Part shown: positions 48,022-61,312 of the stretch, piece by piece
Layout: each line of letters starts with the position of its first letter
Position numbering within the stretch: position 1 is the first letter of the stretch
NCBI RefSeq assembly: GCF_006345805.1
Contig: NC_042997.1
Location: 154,938,001 to 155,002,000, forward strand
Length of the DNA: 64,000 bases
Direction: 5' to 3'
Source of the DNA: Octopus sinensis
Lineage: Eukaryota
Notes under the pieces: model-generated
What the model saw: the letters and a program-made list of their open reading frames with translations, nothing else
The model's database searches: none
Told to the model about the DNA's origin: nothing
Translations under genes and position numbers: made by a program

Positions 48022-49001
48022 TTATGTTCTTTGTTGATTATTGTTGACTAAGCCTTCTTAGAGCAACTTACGGTGAACATTATTTGGTGGCGGTTATGGT
48101 TTTACACATTTCGGACGATCAAATACCACCATTTCTTAAATTTCAGACTCACGGAAGTTGTAGTAGAAACCGGAATAGTTGTGATTCTCTAGTCCCCCAC
48201 TAGGATTTGCCTTTTTCGGATTCCTGGATGGTAGAAGTCATTATTTTTTATTGATCATCAATGGACGAAATGATACATAGATTGTAGGCAACTTCCGTTT
48301 CATTTATTTCATTCGTTTTTCTTTTGTTTAATTATATTTCGTTAGTTATCAGGTCATCGTCAAATTTGATGGACTAACTGACATCTAGTCCTTAATAATT
48401 GTTCAAATATTGGAAGGTTAGTAGTAAATTATATCAAATTTGTTGAAAATAGGTAATTTAATGTTTATCCATACGTTTCCACCAATGTAGGCGAGGATAG
48501 CAAGGAAAAGTTGAACAAACTGTTTCCAAACATTACTTTCTCGCGATCCTCAACGACTTCAGCACTCGCCTGGGGCAAAGAGAAGCTGCTCGCTTCGGCT
48601 TCGGTGATGAAACTAATGACAATGAGACATGACTTGAACAGATAAAAGACTACTCTTTACTCGCCTCCAATTCGCTGCTCGAAAAGAAAATTGAGAAGAT
48701 CTGGACGTGATTTTCGCTCCATAAAACTAAGGATCAAATTTGTAGCGTACCCTTAGTGAAATCCCCTCTCTCTGACATATATAACACAAATACGGCCGTC
48801 TCTGCAGTGGTGACCCCTCGTTTTCTAACATGCAGCCGATATTATACACAGCAGACCTTACATTCACTCAAACGTCTACAAAATGGTGACCCAGTGCCAG
48901 TCTAATTGACCAACCGTTCTGATTTCACCTCTTCGCTACAGTTATGTCCATTTTATATCATTGCCGTTTTGTCTTCTACAAAGCGTCTAGTAGGGGGCTC
49001 T

Positions 49002-49276
49002 GTCAAAGATGGCGTCCGGAACAGGGAGAAGATGTGGTCTGCAACAATTTGGTTAAAGGCCTTTTGGTAAAGCTGCTGCTAGAATCAAGTTCGGACAGAG
49101 AGAAAATATACGTGACCGTTGCCTTCGATAGCCATGTCTCAAGTCGCGGGTTCTTCTTCCGGTGCTTCGCGCATGCGCGAGAGGGCCCTTCCTCTCTCTG
49201 CTTTGGTAAAGGCACCAACACGCGCGAAATAGAAAATGGACGGTGCGCGCGCGCGCCGCTGTATAGCGTCACTACA
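49002..49276 (-). mobile_element. Partial LTR (U3 portion) of a related subfamily
   Basis: Aligns to 43600-43912 (AAGATGGCGTC, CAACAATTTGGTTAAAGGC, TCGCGCATGCGCGAGAGGGCCC, TTGGTAAAGGCACCAACACGCGCGAAATA) and ends GTCACTACA. Confidence 0.85.
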
Positions 49277-49304
49277 TGTTTGTAGTTTATTGTAAATCTT
49301 GCAG

Positions 49305-49485
49305 TCATTATTTGTTGGTATATTTCAAGGGCATCCCGAGTGGTCCACCGAGCAGAGTCACAGTCAGTCCCATTCTCCGCGAGATCCCTCCGCATCTGTC
49401 TTGACCATGTGGCATGCGACCGACCAACATAAGCCGTCAACCCAGCCGGATCCTTAGCGAAGAGAACATGGTGAGTAGGGTCTAA
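49305..49485 (-). mobile_element. RTE LINE C-terminal fragment
   Basis: DPTHHVLFAKDPAGLTAYVGRSHATWSRQMRRDL resembles the RTE pattern DPAHR.L...DP.GW...RGRP..SWL.Q. Confidence 0.55.
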
Positions 49486-49512
49486 CTGCTGGTGGGAGGG
49501 TATAATTTACAG

Positions 49513-49863
49513 CAGTGGTTCTCGACTAGATCCATATGGCCCCTGGGGATCCGTATAAGATTTGGGTATGGGGATCCATGCAACAAAATAATTAATTGGG
49601 ATCCACAATAGTATTTTAAGGGCCTGAAAATTTTTTCTTTAGATGCATGTGTCGGTATGTATTGCAGGAAATAGCTAGGTTTCTTTCCTTGGCGTTTTAC
49701 GTAGTTCAACCTACACAAGTTAATGTGTGAAAAACAAAATAAGAATTTTGAAAGAAGTCTCTATAAAACTTAGTTTTTAAACATTGAATGGCTATGGGGT
49801 CCACCAGGATAAAATAGTAATCAAAGGGATCCATAGATATAAAACAATGGTTAAGAACCCAAA
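49513..49863. mobile_element. hAT (Charlie-like) MITE
   Basis: CAGTGGTTCTC...GGTTAAGAACCC termini; 8-bp TSD ATTTACAG at 49505-49512 and 49864-49871. Confidence 0.85.
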
Positions 49864-51494
49864 ATTTACAGTAAAGAGAGCAAAACAGACCCAATGACGT
49901 ATGTCAATGAAATCTGTAGAAATATGTAGAAATACGTAGAATAGAAAAACAAATACGACACAAAGAGGCGAGCGACAACAAAATTTGACTGAATATTTCT
50001 TTCCTGTTTTTTGCTTACAACATAAAATGCGTTAGCACTAACTCAACTATTGTGCTGTTTATATTATATTTTATTATATGTATATTTATACCTTTGTTTG
50101 TTTATTTTCCGCACAATCTAAAACGCTAGCAAAAAAATATTACTAAATGCTTAACCCATACCGCTCCAAACCACCATTTCACTACTATCTAAATACCGAC
50201 TAGAAATTTAATACTGTTGCTGACATGTTGAAATTCTCGGAGCAGCTTGTTTATTTGTCCATTAAACCTAAGACCTGTTACAACATTGGGATAAGTGGTG
50301 AGCGTATGGGTGTGTTGGTGGGCGCGTGTGTGCATGTGTGTATGTGCATGTATATATGCATATATATATGTCTGAATGCATATACATATATATACAAATA
50401 TGCAAATACATATACGTATCTACATACATATACATACACACACACGTGTGTGTGAATTTATATACAGAGAGAGAGAGAGAGGGGGTGGCAAATGAGAAAA
50501 CGAGAGCGTGAGAAAATGTCTGTGTGTGTCCGGTGTGTATATATGTCCCTGTATGTTCATATGTGTGGAATTCTATGTGTGCTTGCATGTGTATGTGGGT
50601 GTTTGAGTGTATATGCCGTGTGTGGCGGTGTTTACATGTGCATTATGCCAATTGTAAGCGTTTATCGCCGTGTATACATGTGTTAGTATATGTTCATATC
50701 TCATGTATATCAATTTATATATTCATGTGGGTGTTTACATCGATTTGTAACTGTGTGTGTGAATGTGTATGTGTGTGTGTGTGTATGATATCTGTGTGTG
50801 TGAGTGTGTATGTGTGTGTCTGTGTATGATATCTGTGTGTGTGAGTGTGTATGTGTGTCTGTGTATGATATCTGTGTGTGTGAGTGTGTATGTGTGTGTC
50901 TGTGTATGATATCTGTGTGTGTGAGTGTGTATGTGTGTGTCTGTGTATGATATCTGTGTGTGTGTGAGTGTGTATGTGTGTGTCTGTGTATGAGTGTCTA
51001 TTATTGCGAATATTATATTATTAAAAAAATTCACTATTTTTAACTATTTTTTGTAGCCATTTTTTGTAGACGTCTTTTTTATTTCTATTTTTTTTTATTT
51101 ATATAGTTATTAATTTATTTATTTATTTATTTATTAACCAAAGCTGTATTTGCTTGGGTAAGTGACTTTCTGAACGTATATTTAACCTGAAATAATTACT
51201 TTGAGACAAAATTGTTATAGCCATCTAAAATATATAAATGTTATTATATTAATATAGAAGTTATTACAATAACTATAATTAAACAAATCTAAATCTGTAT
51301 CGATATGGTGAACCTTGCTGAACAATGTTCAAGTAAACCAAACATAAGACAGACAATTAAAAGCGTTAAAAATTATATACTCCCCCTCACTACTATTTCT
51401 GAAACGAGTTAACGCACCAAAGTTCTCAATTAATTAAAAATAGGTAAATTGGTGACAATTAATGTTTAACGGTTGAAGGCTGAGTTGATAAATA

Positions 51495-51980
51495 CCGTAA
51501 ATCCTCGAGTATAGTCCGCCCTTGAGTATAATACGCAGGGGATTTTTAGGGGGCTGTACCTCTAAAAAACTTAAACCTTGTGTATAATACGCACCCCTTC
51601 TCTAACTTGAGTCAAGGAGGTCTATATAACGTCCTTGGTTTGTAAAGATGTATACGGTAACGTCTTTTATAATTATTGTATATATAACATAAAGCAAGCG
51701 TGTAGCTTTTTTGTGCATTTTGTTTGCAGAAAATAAAGAAATAACAGTAATAACGTTTAATAAATGTTGCTTACTGCAAGTTATGCATGATTCTTTTATG
51801 ACTTCATTGCTTTCAGGATTAACTTAAGGTATTTTCGCATCCGACATCACAAAATGCGTCTGAATAAACATTGCCGGATAGAAAATATTTTTCATTTTTA
51901 ACCTCGTATATAGTACGCACTATGGATTTTGACCGTTAAATTTTGGGGGGAAAATGCGGATTATACTCGAGAATTTACGG
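51495..51980. mobile_element. Complete pogo/Tc2-like MITE
   Basis: TA|CCGTAAATCCTCGAGTATAGTCCGC ... GCGGATTATACTCGAGAATTTACGG|TA. Confidence 0.92.
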
Positions 51981-52519
51981 TAATGGTGGTTTGAGTAAGG
52001 CTGCGTGTATAGATAAAGGAAAGACGAGGAAACCAGGATTAAGTGCTACGATTTATTCAACCCGTTAAAAGCATTAACACGGCAAAGCTGTTGAGATACA
52101 TCTTGAAAGGACGGCCAGAATATATACACAATGGTTTAACAAGCAGTTGGTACATAATGATGATGTATACGATGTAGAATAGAAAAACAAATACGACACA
52201 ACTTCTGCTAGAGGACAGGACAAACGTACGCGGATAGCTGAAGATGCCTGCGAAATAAAATTTGTTCTCTGCCGAATATCCGAACTCGCTCTAGACGACC
52301 CACCTCACTGAGGAAAATAACGGGAAGACTCCTCCTGTGTAGCTAGCGGTGGCCCGCTTGGCTGGTTTGTCACGTGATATGGTGCACAGCCCGAGTAAAG
52401 CTTGAGGGACTCGACCATCACGGAATGAGCCAAAATGTGGGTACTTAAAGGTAAGGAGCCAAACTGTGAACATGCTTCTGCTACAAATAGACGGAGTGGT
52501 TGAAGTTGTTTGATGTTTA

Positions 52520-53032
52520 GTAGACACTAGTAACGAAGTCTCCGATCATGTTTCCCTACTATCAGACGTCCTCAGTGAAGCATAATGATAAGGATGAGTC
52601 GCAGAGAGAACATGTCTCTGATGAAGGTGTTGCACACTTTTGTCCTCGATCTGAGGCAGACGAGGTTGAACAGCCTGCCGTCCCATCTGGTGCGCAGGAA
52701 GTTCCCCACTGTTGCAATGCTATAAGTACAGAATGAAGAAAATCCCAGGGATGTTGTAAAAAGAGCTTTGAAGACTCTTGTCATCAACGTAGAGTCCTGA
52801 GTGAGCCTCGCAGCTGACCGGCCAACATGGAAAAGAGGTTAATGTGCACAGCAGCAGACAAGCGAGTCCGCAGTGACTCCAACAGACCTAAGACCGTATA
52901 CAAATGTGCTCTATGTGGCAGAGTTTGTCACTCATGTACAGGTTTGTTTAGCCACCGGAGACGCTGCTCCAGCTGTGCTGAAAGCAGCAAGGATACTGCC
53001 CATGGTCAGCTCTGACCGAAGGAGGTCCTAAA
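52520..53032. mobile_element. RTE-BovB-like LINE with an inverted 5' segment
   Basis: 52520-52730 on minus reads LRTRWDGRLFNLVCLRSRTKVCNTFIRDMF (cf. DG.LFNL.RL.AKTKV). 52735-53032 on plus reads RDVVKRALKTLVINVES..LAADRPTWK...YKCALCGRVCHSCTGLFSHRRRC, then the tail CATGGTCAGCTCTGACCGAAGGAGG. Confidence 0.8.
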
Positions 53033-53438
53033 AATAAAGAGTCGCAGAGAAATATTTATACAAGTATGCAAATATGCAAGGGAAACAGGCCAGTGGCAAG
53101 ACAGAGAAAATGCAGTGTGCTAAAGGTTAAACATCATTCAACAATGTTCACCACATCGATACAGAATTAGACTTGTTTAATTATAGTTATTGTGATAACT
53201 TCACTATAAATCTGATAATGATATTTATATATTTTAGATATTCTGTCACTATTCTGTTACTATGCAATTATTTTTCAGTTTAAACACATTTCCAGAAAGT
53301 CACTTATAAAGCAAATACTACTCTGGCTAATAAATGAATAAATAAATAAATAAAAGCGTCTACAAAAAAACCTACAAGAATAGTTTAAAATAATGAATAT
53401 CTTATAATACACTATTCGCGACTATAGACTCTCGCGCA

Positions 53439-53469
<31 letters not shown>

Positions 53470-53472
53470 CAC

Positions 53473-53550
<78 letters not shown>

Positions 53551-53821
53551 TCTCAAACATACACCTATACACTCAGACACGCGAGGACGTATACAAATCC
53601 ACACCAGTTGTTAAGCGGTGAGGATAATAAACACATACACAAATATACAAAGCGATTCAGCAAAGGAGACCGATAGAATAAGTACTAGACTTAAGGATAA
53701 GTACTAGGGGCGATTTGTTCGACTAAAATCCCTTCAAAGCGGTGCTCCAGTTTCGTCGTAGTCCAAGGACTGAAACAAGAGATAAAAGATATACAGAGGC
53801 AAATTGACCGAATCGCTAGAG

Positions 53822-54104
53822 TAGTGGTTCCCAAAGTGGGCGGTACTGCTCCCATCCCCCCGCCTGAAGGCAGTGGACAGATCCAGGGGGAAGGCATTGA
53901 ATAAAAGTTGGGCGATAATAGAGTAGCCGAAAGGGGACAAAGGATGTAAAAAGAAAATAATGGATTAATTGGGTTAAGTTTTATTTGTGAAATACAGTTG
54001 TTTTGAATTTGCTGTAGAAAGTGGTTTACGTTTGTGGTGGCAAATAAGCGTGGGGAGCTGGGGTTCCAAGCGAGGCGTCACCCGAAAAAGTTTGAGAACC
54101 ATTA
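53822..54104. mobile_element. hAT (Charlie-like) MITE
   Basis: TAGTGGTTCCCAAA...TTTGAGAACCATTA termini with a degenerate TSD CGCTAGAG/CACTAGAA. Confidence 0.75.
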
Positions 54105-54433
54105 CACTAGAACACGGTATTTGTTCCAACTCACTGCATTTTAAGTTCAAGTCCCAGTGAGGTTAACTTTGTCTTTCAATCATTCATTCGAGATTGATAA
54201 ATAAAGTACCGATAGAGGATGTTGGATTAATAGAATTGGTAGAATGTCTGACGGTAGCTTTTGGATATCTGTGATGGCCCTTTTGCGTTCTGATAGCAAC
54301 ACTTGCGGCAATACTTGTGCCGAGTTATAACGGCCTAAGTCTTTTCGTTGGACAACATCGACGGTGTAGACAGTGGAGACCGGCATACGTAGCCAACGGT
54401 TTGTTGTTCATAGAAAGTAATAAATAAATTTAA

Positions 54434-54652
54434 GGCGGCGAGCTGGCAGAAACGTTAGCACGCCGGGCGAAATGCTTAGCAGTTTTTCGTTTGTCTTTAC
54501 GTTCTGAGTTCAAATTCCGCCGAGGTCAACTTTGCCTTTCATCCTTTTGGGGTCGATAAATTAAGTACCAGTTACGCACTGGTCGATGTAATCGACTTTA
54601 TCCCCTTGTTTGTCCCCTCTATGTTTAGCCCCTTGTGGGCAATAAAGAAATA
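54434..54652 (+). mobile_element. SINE family B monomer with tail B
   Basis: Consensus head through GCCCCTTGTGGGCAATAAAGAAATA; AGAAAGTAATAAA is repeated on both flanks. Fragments of family A follow at ~54735-55030 and ~55300-55450 (-). Confidence 0.9.
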
Positions 54653-55639
54653 AGAAAGTAATAAACCTGCCCAAGTTTGCTCATATAGGTACAGATGAAA
54701 GGTTAATCCTGACAGACTGGGGTCCTATCTTTTAACTTTTGTTTCAGTCATTAGACTGCGGCCATCCTGGGGCACTGCCTGAAGAACTTTCAGTTGAATG
54801 AATCGACTCCAGTAGTTTTTTCTTTATTTTTATCCGGGTACTTATTCTATCGAAATGTTTTGCCGAACCGCTAAGGTACAGTTCTGAAGGGTTTAGTCGA
54901 ACAAATCGCCCCCAGTACATATTTTTACGTCTGATACTTATTCTATCCGATTTTGCAGTCGAACCTCTAAGCTACAGGGATGTAAACAAAACATCACCGG
55001 TTGTCAAATAGTGGAGAACAAGCATAAACACTTAGACTCGCGCACAGGGACATGCATACATGCATACATACATATGTTTGTGTGTATGTGTGCGTGTGTG
55101 TGTGTGTAAAATTTAATTAATGACAAAGAACAAGAAATTAAGCAATGAACTTCATTAGCTCACAGCTGTTTCTGCTATAAGGTGCAGTGCACTCAGAGTT
55201 GAGAACATGTGCATACTCGACTAGCGATTTATTCTGAAGCATATCTTCAGGTGCGCGCTTGCGCGCGTATGCGTCTGTACGCACAGAATGAATTTCGACA
55301 TAGTTTCCGTCTACCAAATTCACCAATAATAAGGCATTGTCCACCCGGAACTATAGTAGAAAACACTTGCCCAAAGTGCTACACAGTGGGACTGAACTTG
55401 TAACTATGTATTTGCAAAGTAAACTTCTTAAACACACAGCCATGTCTGTGTCTATATACAGAGGAATAACCTATGGATATCATCTACATCGAAAACCACA
55501 ACTAAGTAAGAGCTAGCACGTTATTTCACTCTTGTTTTGTAACAGTATTTTATATTTCAAAATGTCAACTTAATATTGTCGTAAATCTAAGATCTGATCA
55601 CTAACACGCTTTTTTCGATACGGTTTCTGTCAAGAAAAA

Positions 55640-56040
55640 AAGGACTCTCTCCTTGCACTTCGTAGGTTCTGTGATAACTGATCAAATTGATGCGGTTGAT
55701 GTTCAGTTTGAATAGCTGCAAGTCATCACTTGTGGGAAAACAAGGGTGAGAACGGTACCCCAGAAGGTTGGCCGCCTGAGGATAAAGGCCTGAAAATGTT
55801 GCTTGTGACGGGATTAGGATTTGAGGCACATGCTGGATGACGGCATGAGGTAAGCTGGCTGTAACAGCAGTGATACTCAACTAGCTATGTCTCCGAAAAC
55901 GGGGCTTTATACTAACGATTGGATAATCATGGTGACAGACATGTTTGCTGGCTCCCGGTAGGTTACTGAGTTCTTGCAGATCAGCTGAGTGAATTTCTTT
56001 TCAGCAACGGTCGACGATGTTTTTAATATGTGACAGCAAC
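55640..56040 (-). mobile_element. Decayed CR1/Jockey-group LINE 3' fragment
   Basis: CFPTSDDLQLFKLNINRINL resembles the FP..Y.L..FK..IN terminal motif of such ORF2 proteins. Confidence 0.4.
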
Positions 56041-57733
56041 GCCATTACTGGATAGAATAAAGATAAGCGCTGTTTTCAAGGATAAGGATACAGTTAGTCT
56101 ATTAAATCTATATGATATTTATTTATTTCATCGCCCCTGGAAAGATAAAAGCAAAGTTGGTTCAAGCAGATGATTGCAATCCAATAATATTTTCTTACAT
56201 AAATATGAAGCTTCAAATGATATTGTTAACACTTTGCTTTTGAGTAAGATATCTGTCGCTTGAAATTAGCTATCATCAGTCAGATTACCCTGAAAACTGC
56301 TCGGGTAGTTACAAAGCTATATTCAAGGAAGATCCATCAGGCCAATTTTCTGATCTGTCAACTCACAAACGTCAGATGCACAAGATCCAATAATTGATCT
56401 GTTTTTATTCTCAGTTTTCACTAGGGATTTTTTATCGTCTTCAAGAATTAACTGTTTCTGAACATTGATGATTGCACGCTATTTCAACCAATAAAATGTA
56501 ATCAGCAGATAAAAGTGACCTTGTAGCAGATAGCTATGACCTTGTCAGGATGAAAGCCAGAGCAGATGACTAGAGATTAACATTTGAGATATCAAACAAC
56601 AAATCAAGGAAAAGACCATCAAACCGTAAATTGCCCTTTGGAAATTGTAAGCTGTTTGTGAAAAAGCAACTTTAAATTCTTGCTATTGCTGCTATTGGCA
56701 ACGAAGATGTGTAAGAAGAGTGTTTCCACCAGTTTTGACAGAAATACACAGAGCTTTGTGCGTGCGTCTGTGAGTGTGTGTGTGTGTGTGTGTGGTGTGT
56801 GTGTGTGTGTGTGTGTGCGTGTGTGTGTGCGTATGTGCATGATGCGTGCGTGGGTGCGTGCGTGCTTCGCTATAGAAAATCGCTAAACAGAACAGGATCA
56901 ATGTCTACCTATAAAAATCTGAAATATCATAGATAGCAAACGTATCTTTTGGATCAACGCTTCATATAACATATTCACTGAAGAGAATGAAGCCTTTATA
57001 TGGTTGTTCGATCTGCTACAAATATCAACCAAATGTCCTCAAATATCGTCTAAACATAAAAGATATGCAACTTGCTAGTTCTAGAAGGAAGAGGCTTTGT
57101 AGTAGCAACAGAATAATTATGGTTGGTGGGAACATATTTGCTGACTAGAGGTTTGTCAGTGAGTCTTTGTAGTTGGTCACGGCTGGAATGCTTTTGATCA
57201 GGGCAGACCTGGAGCTGAACAACAGCGACAACAATAATCTTCTAGAAATTGCAACCAGATCTCCTTTGAATCACAAGCTATCCAGTTAAATAGAGAAGAA
57301 AGCATTGGATAATGTAGTTCTAAATCCATTGTCTGAAAAAGTGTAACGATCATTACTGAAACGCCTTTCATCATAGCAGAAATGAAGACTAGACAACAAT
57401 CTATCAATCAATCAATTTACCAATCAATCTTGTCGGGCGACTTGCTCAGGCCAATGCAACTTTTCCACGCTAGGCGTCTTGATCGAGCGATGAGGCATGA
57501 TTGTCTGACCTGATTTTTAGACACACTGATCTTCTGCTAGCTAAAGTATATGATCCGCGTACACTACAGAAGAAAGCAAGTTGTTCACTAACTGAACTGG
57601 TTGATCCTAGCCGTTGCTAAGTTGTTTGTTCATCCGCTCAACATCTAATGATAATTCGGCATTGATTTGCTGAAATAGTTAAAATCCACCATGCTGCAAC
57701 CCATGATTTCAGCATATCTTGACTCGGGTGATT

Positions 57734-57983
57734 CGTCGCCCTTTTGAAGCCTAGCCAGGCTCATGGGACCGGTTTCCCGGTTTCTATGGCGTATGTGTTC
57801 CCCAGCTGGACGGGACGCCAGTCCATCGCAGCGTTACTCATTTTTGCCAGCTGAGTGGACTGGAGCAACGTGAAATGAAGTGTTTTGCTCAAGAACACAA
57901 CGCATTGCCCGGTCCAGGAATCGAAACCGCAATCTTGTGATCATGGTGCTGACACCCTAACCACTAAGCCACGCGCCTCCACA
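57734..57983 (-). mobile_element. SINE family C
   Basis: Reverse complement of 47763-48008; TSD CTCGG(G/A)TGATT at 57723-57733 and 57984-57994. Confidence 0.9.
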
Positions 57984-58419
57984 CTCGGATGATTACATTC
58001 TATTTAATCCAAAGCTGAGACCCTAACAAATTCTATTACTCCAGATCAGAGTAGACTAGCGAACAATAGTTGCTAAGAAGTGATTCCACACTCTTCAAAA
58101 CACTGGAACTCCTGAACGAGACTCCCATTACAGAAAGCAATAACTCAAATTCAATTTTTAAAAAATATCACGATCACTGAAGCTAGTAAAACTGACGATG
58201 CAAAACTAAAAGGCTCATCGTCAGTAATTTACTTGAAGGAAATAATAAATTGCTGTATCAACAGTTTTCTGCCAACTTAACGATGACTAACATATTTATT
58301 CTGTATATTTTCCAACAGATTCGAATGCAAATAAGCTAATCACTGTTGTGTTCGTCACAGCAAAACAGCTTCTCCTTTCCAATGTGTATTCGTAATATAT
58401 TGGTTTCATATATTACGCT

Positions 58420-58590
58420 TTGCGGTATTTCGTCTGTCTTTATGTTCTGAGTTCAAATTCCGCCGAGGTCGACTTTGCCTTTCATCCTTTTGGACTCGAT
58501 AAATTAAGTACCAGTTGCGTACTGGGGTCGATCTAATCGACTGGCTCCCTCCCCAAAAGTTTCGGGCCTTGTGCCTAGAGTAGAAAAGTA
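58420..58590 (+). mobile_element. 5'-truncated SINE family B (tail A)
   Basis: Consensus body and tail. Family A fragments lie at ~58700-58905 and ~60785-60960 (-), and family B at ~61618-61830. Confidence 0.85.
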
Positions 58591-58974
58591 TATGTTCCAC
58601 TAAATTCGAACTCAAATATGCAATAAACTTGAACCACTCGAAATCTTTCCGCTGCTCTGCGAAAAATGTCTCTAAGGGAACCAGCAAATCTTTTGTTTTT
58701 TATATTTTACTTGTTTCAATCATTGGATTGCGGCCATGCTGGTGCACCATCTTCACGGTTTTAACCGAACAAAATAACTCCAGAACCTACTTTTAAGTTT
58801 GGTGCTTAATCTATTGGTCTCTTATGCCAAACCGCTACGTTACGGGGACGTAAACGAACTAACACCGGCTGTCAAACGGTGATGTGGGTACAAACACAGA
58901 TATGTACCCACAAATACAGCATATCATTTAATATTTCTCCCGATTACTCCACTTAATTATGACGAGTTATACCG

Positions 58975-59135
58975 AGAGTATTACAAAAGTGAATGTAACT
59001 TTTCTCCTAACTGAAATACGTTGTTTAAATTGCTAGTATAAAAATCTTCCCCTATACAATGATATTAATCAACATGATCCCCATCACAAGCGATGCATTT
59101 GCGCCATCGGTGAACCCAACTCACGAACACTCTTT
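58975..59135 (-). mobile_element. Mariner 3' end fragment
   Basis: VFVSWVHRWRKCIACDGDHVD* matches the mariner C-terminal W..RW.KCI...GDY.E. Confidence 0.7.
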
Positions 59136-60085
59136 AAAAAAATTTAGGTGGTGTGTGAAGGAAAGATAAACTCAAATAAATATGTGTCCATATTGCAGAA
59201 AGGATTCCTTCCAAACTTCTCCAGTGGTGAAATGATTAAAGAAGACTCTGTATTAACGGAAGATGGGATTCCTTGTCACATGGTTAACCAAGTTTGTGGA
59301 GATACCTGACAGTTGTTCTGGGACTGACATCAACTGTCTACAGTGGATAGTGGCCTGCACTTAAATTTTTTCCACTTAATTTATTTCTACCAAATATTTG
59401 TAACTGTTCCGTAAAATTAGATTTGACATTTGTCTTAACCTATTCCTATTGTGATAATCATGAATATTTACTTGTTTTTAACAAAGTCCAAATATTTGTT
59501 TATTCTCTAACAAATACTAAGTTATAGGAAACTAAAGAATAATGCCAACAAAAACATCAAAGTTTTTTTTAATTGAGAACTTTTAATTTTTATTCATTCA
59601 AATTCCTAATTTAATTTTTATTTTTAATTTTTGTAATCAGAAAAAAAGAATTTAAATATTCAGAATAATTTATAATTAAGAGAAATTATAACAGCTTGAC
59701 CTATAATAATAGCAAATTAACTTAGAGGCTCAGACTTTGAAAAATGCCAGAGCACAATAATCAGAACACATCCCCTTCAGAACATTCAATTATTCTTCCA
59801 GAGAAACCATTCCCAGCACCGGTACATTGTTTCCTTTGCAAGTTTTCCATGTCCTTTCTGTTTATTTTTTTTATTTATTTTCTACTTTTTTATTTTTATT
59901 TAATACACTTTTTTTTCAAAACGCAAAGATAATTTAATTATTTTACAAATCTGGTGGGGAAACAATATACATCTCCATTATAGGACTGTCATTAAATACT
60001 GATAATTTTCATAATTAATAAATAATCTGTACAGTCTTCGCTAATGACCGCAACCAAATTGAATTCTTAAGATTCATTTCTTTGG

Positions 60086-60515
60086 TCAGGTAACCTCTGA
60101 AGAGGAAGCTGAGTAGAACTCATTCCAGAAATTTAAGAGTCGGTTTTCATTGTTGTTACAAAATTTCCTGAAGTCCAAAAGAACTTTGTCTTGAAAGAGT
60201 TCATCTCCAGTGAATGTTGTGCGCCATCGCTTGGATAACATATGGTTCCATGACCAAAGTATAGGAAAGTTTGCTGACAATGAATTCTGTTCATGGCGTA
60301 GGTCACCACAGTGTTCAATGTAATTTACAGCAGTTTCTGACACTTGAGAGGAGGAACGAGTTGACCTTTGTTTGGTACCAAGTTTACAGAGATTGTCGAT
60401 GGTAGAGAGTATGATGAACATCCCTCCAGAACAGTGAATATACTGTTCGACTTCAATACAGTACCATGGAGATTGGCTGTCATCATTCTGCATCTTCACG
60501 CTAATGAAACCAAAT
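60086..60515 (-). CDS. DEPDC5: DEPDC5 (GATOR1 subunit, Iml1/SEA1 family), last coding exon
   Basis: Acceptor TTTCAG|ATTTGG. Encodes (R)FGFISVK...QYIHCSGGMFI...LWSWNHMLSKRWRTTFTGDELFQDKVLLDFRKFCNNNENRLLNFW...SEVT*, matching the recalled DEPDC5 C-terminus (RFGFV..[51 protein letters not shown]). Length 430 nt = 1+429, in phase with the upstream exon. Confidence 0.93.
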
Positions 60516-61312
60516 CTGAAAGTTAAATAAATAAATGAATGAAACATGATAAAATAAACACAACATGTGACTGCAGTTGCAAAACTTAGTCAGACAGAAA
60601 GAACATATGCTAACGTGTGCAATTTATGTAATTAATCCAGAAAGAGATGCAGGAGAAAAAATACAAAACAAACAGAAGTTTTATGAGAATTCAGTAAAGC
60701 AAAATAAATAACCACTAAAACGAATGGCAATTAGGAAATGGTTCAAAATGTGAATATAGATGTGATAAAAGAATTCACCTTATATCTTTTACTTGTTTCA
60801 GTCATTAGACTGTGGCCATGCTGGGGCACCGCCTTGAAGAATTTTTAGTCAAATGCCTTAATCCCAGTACTTAATTTTTTTTATTTTTTAAGTCTGGTAT
60901 TTATTCTATCGATCTCTTTTGCTGAACTGCTAAGTTACAGGAACATAAACACACCAACACACATCAAAAGAGTTATAGACTGTAGCAAATATTATGTGAT
61001 GGTAATGTATAAAGTGCAACAGATTTAATAAGACAGACTAAGTCACAATTGATAGGAAGACAGACATTATACAGGTTTTCAAGTAAAAATATTGATATAC
61101 TTAAATGCAACTGCTTCTACTAAAACACTTTTGAACCTATATATGGGATCAATAAATGGTGGAGAGAGGCCAACGAGGGTGCTTCTATAAGGCCTACTAG
61201 AAAATAACAGCTATATCTCTCACGACTCAGTCTTCAAAAAAGATTGCCAAAAGATTATGCCATATTATTTCTGGCATAAAATCTATTTTAAAACATCACC
61301 AGAGAACCTTAC

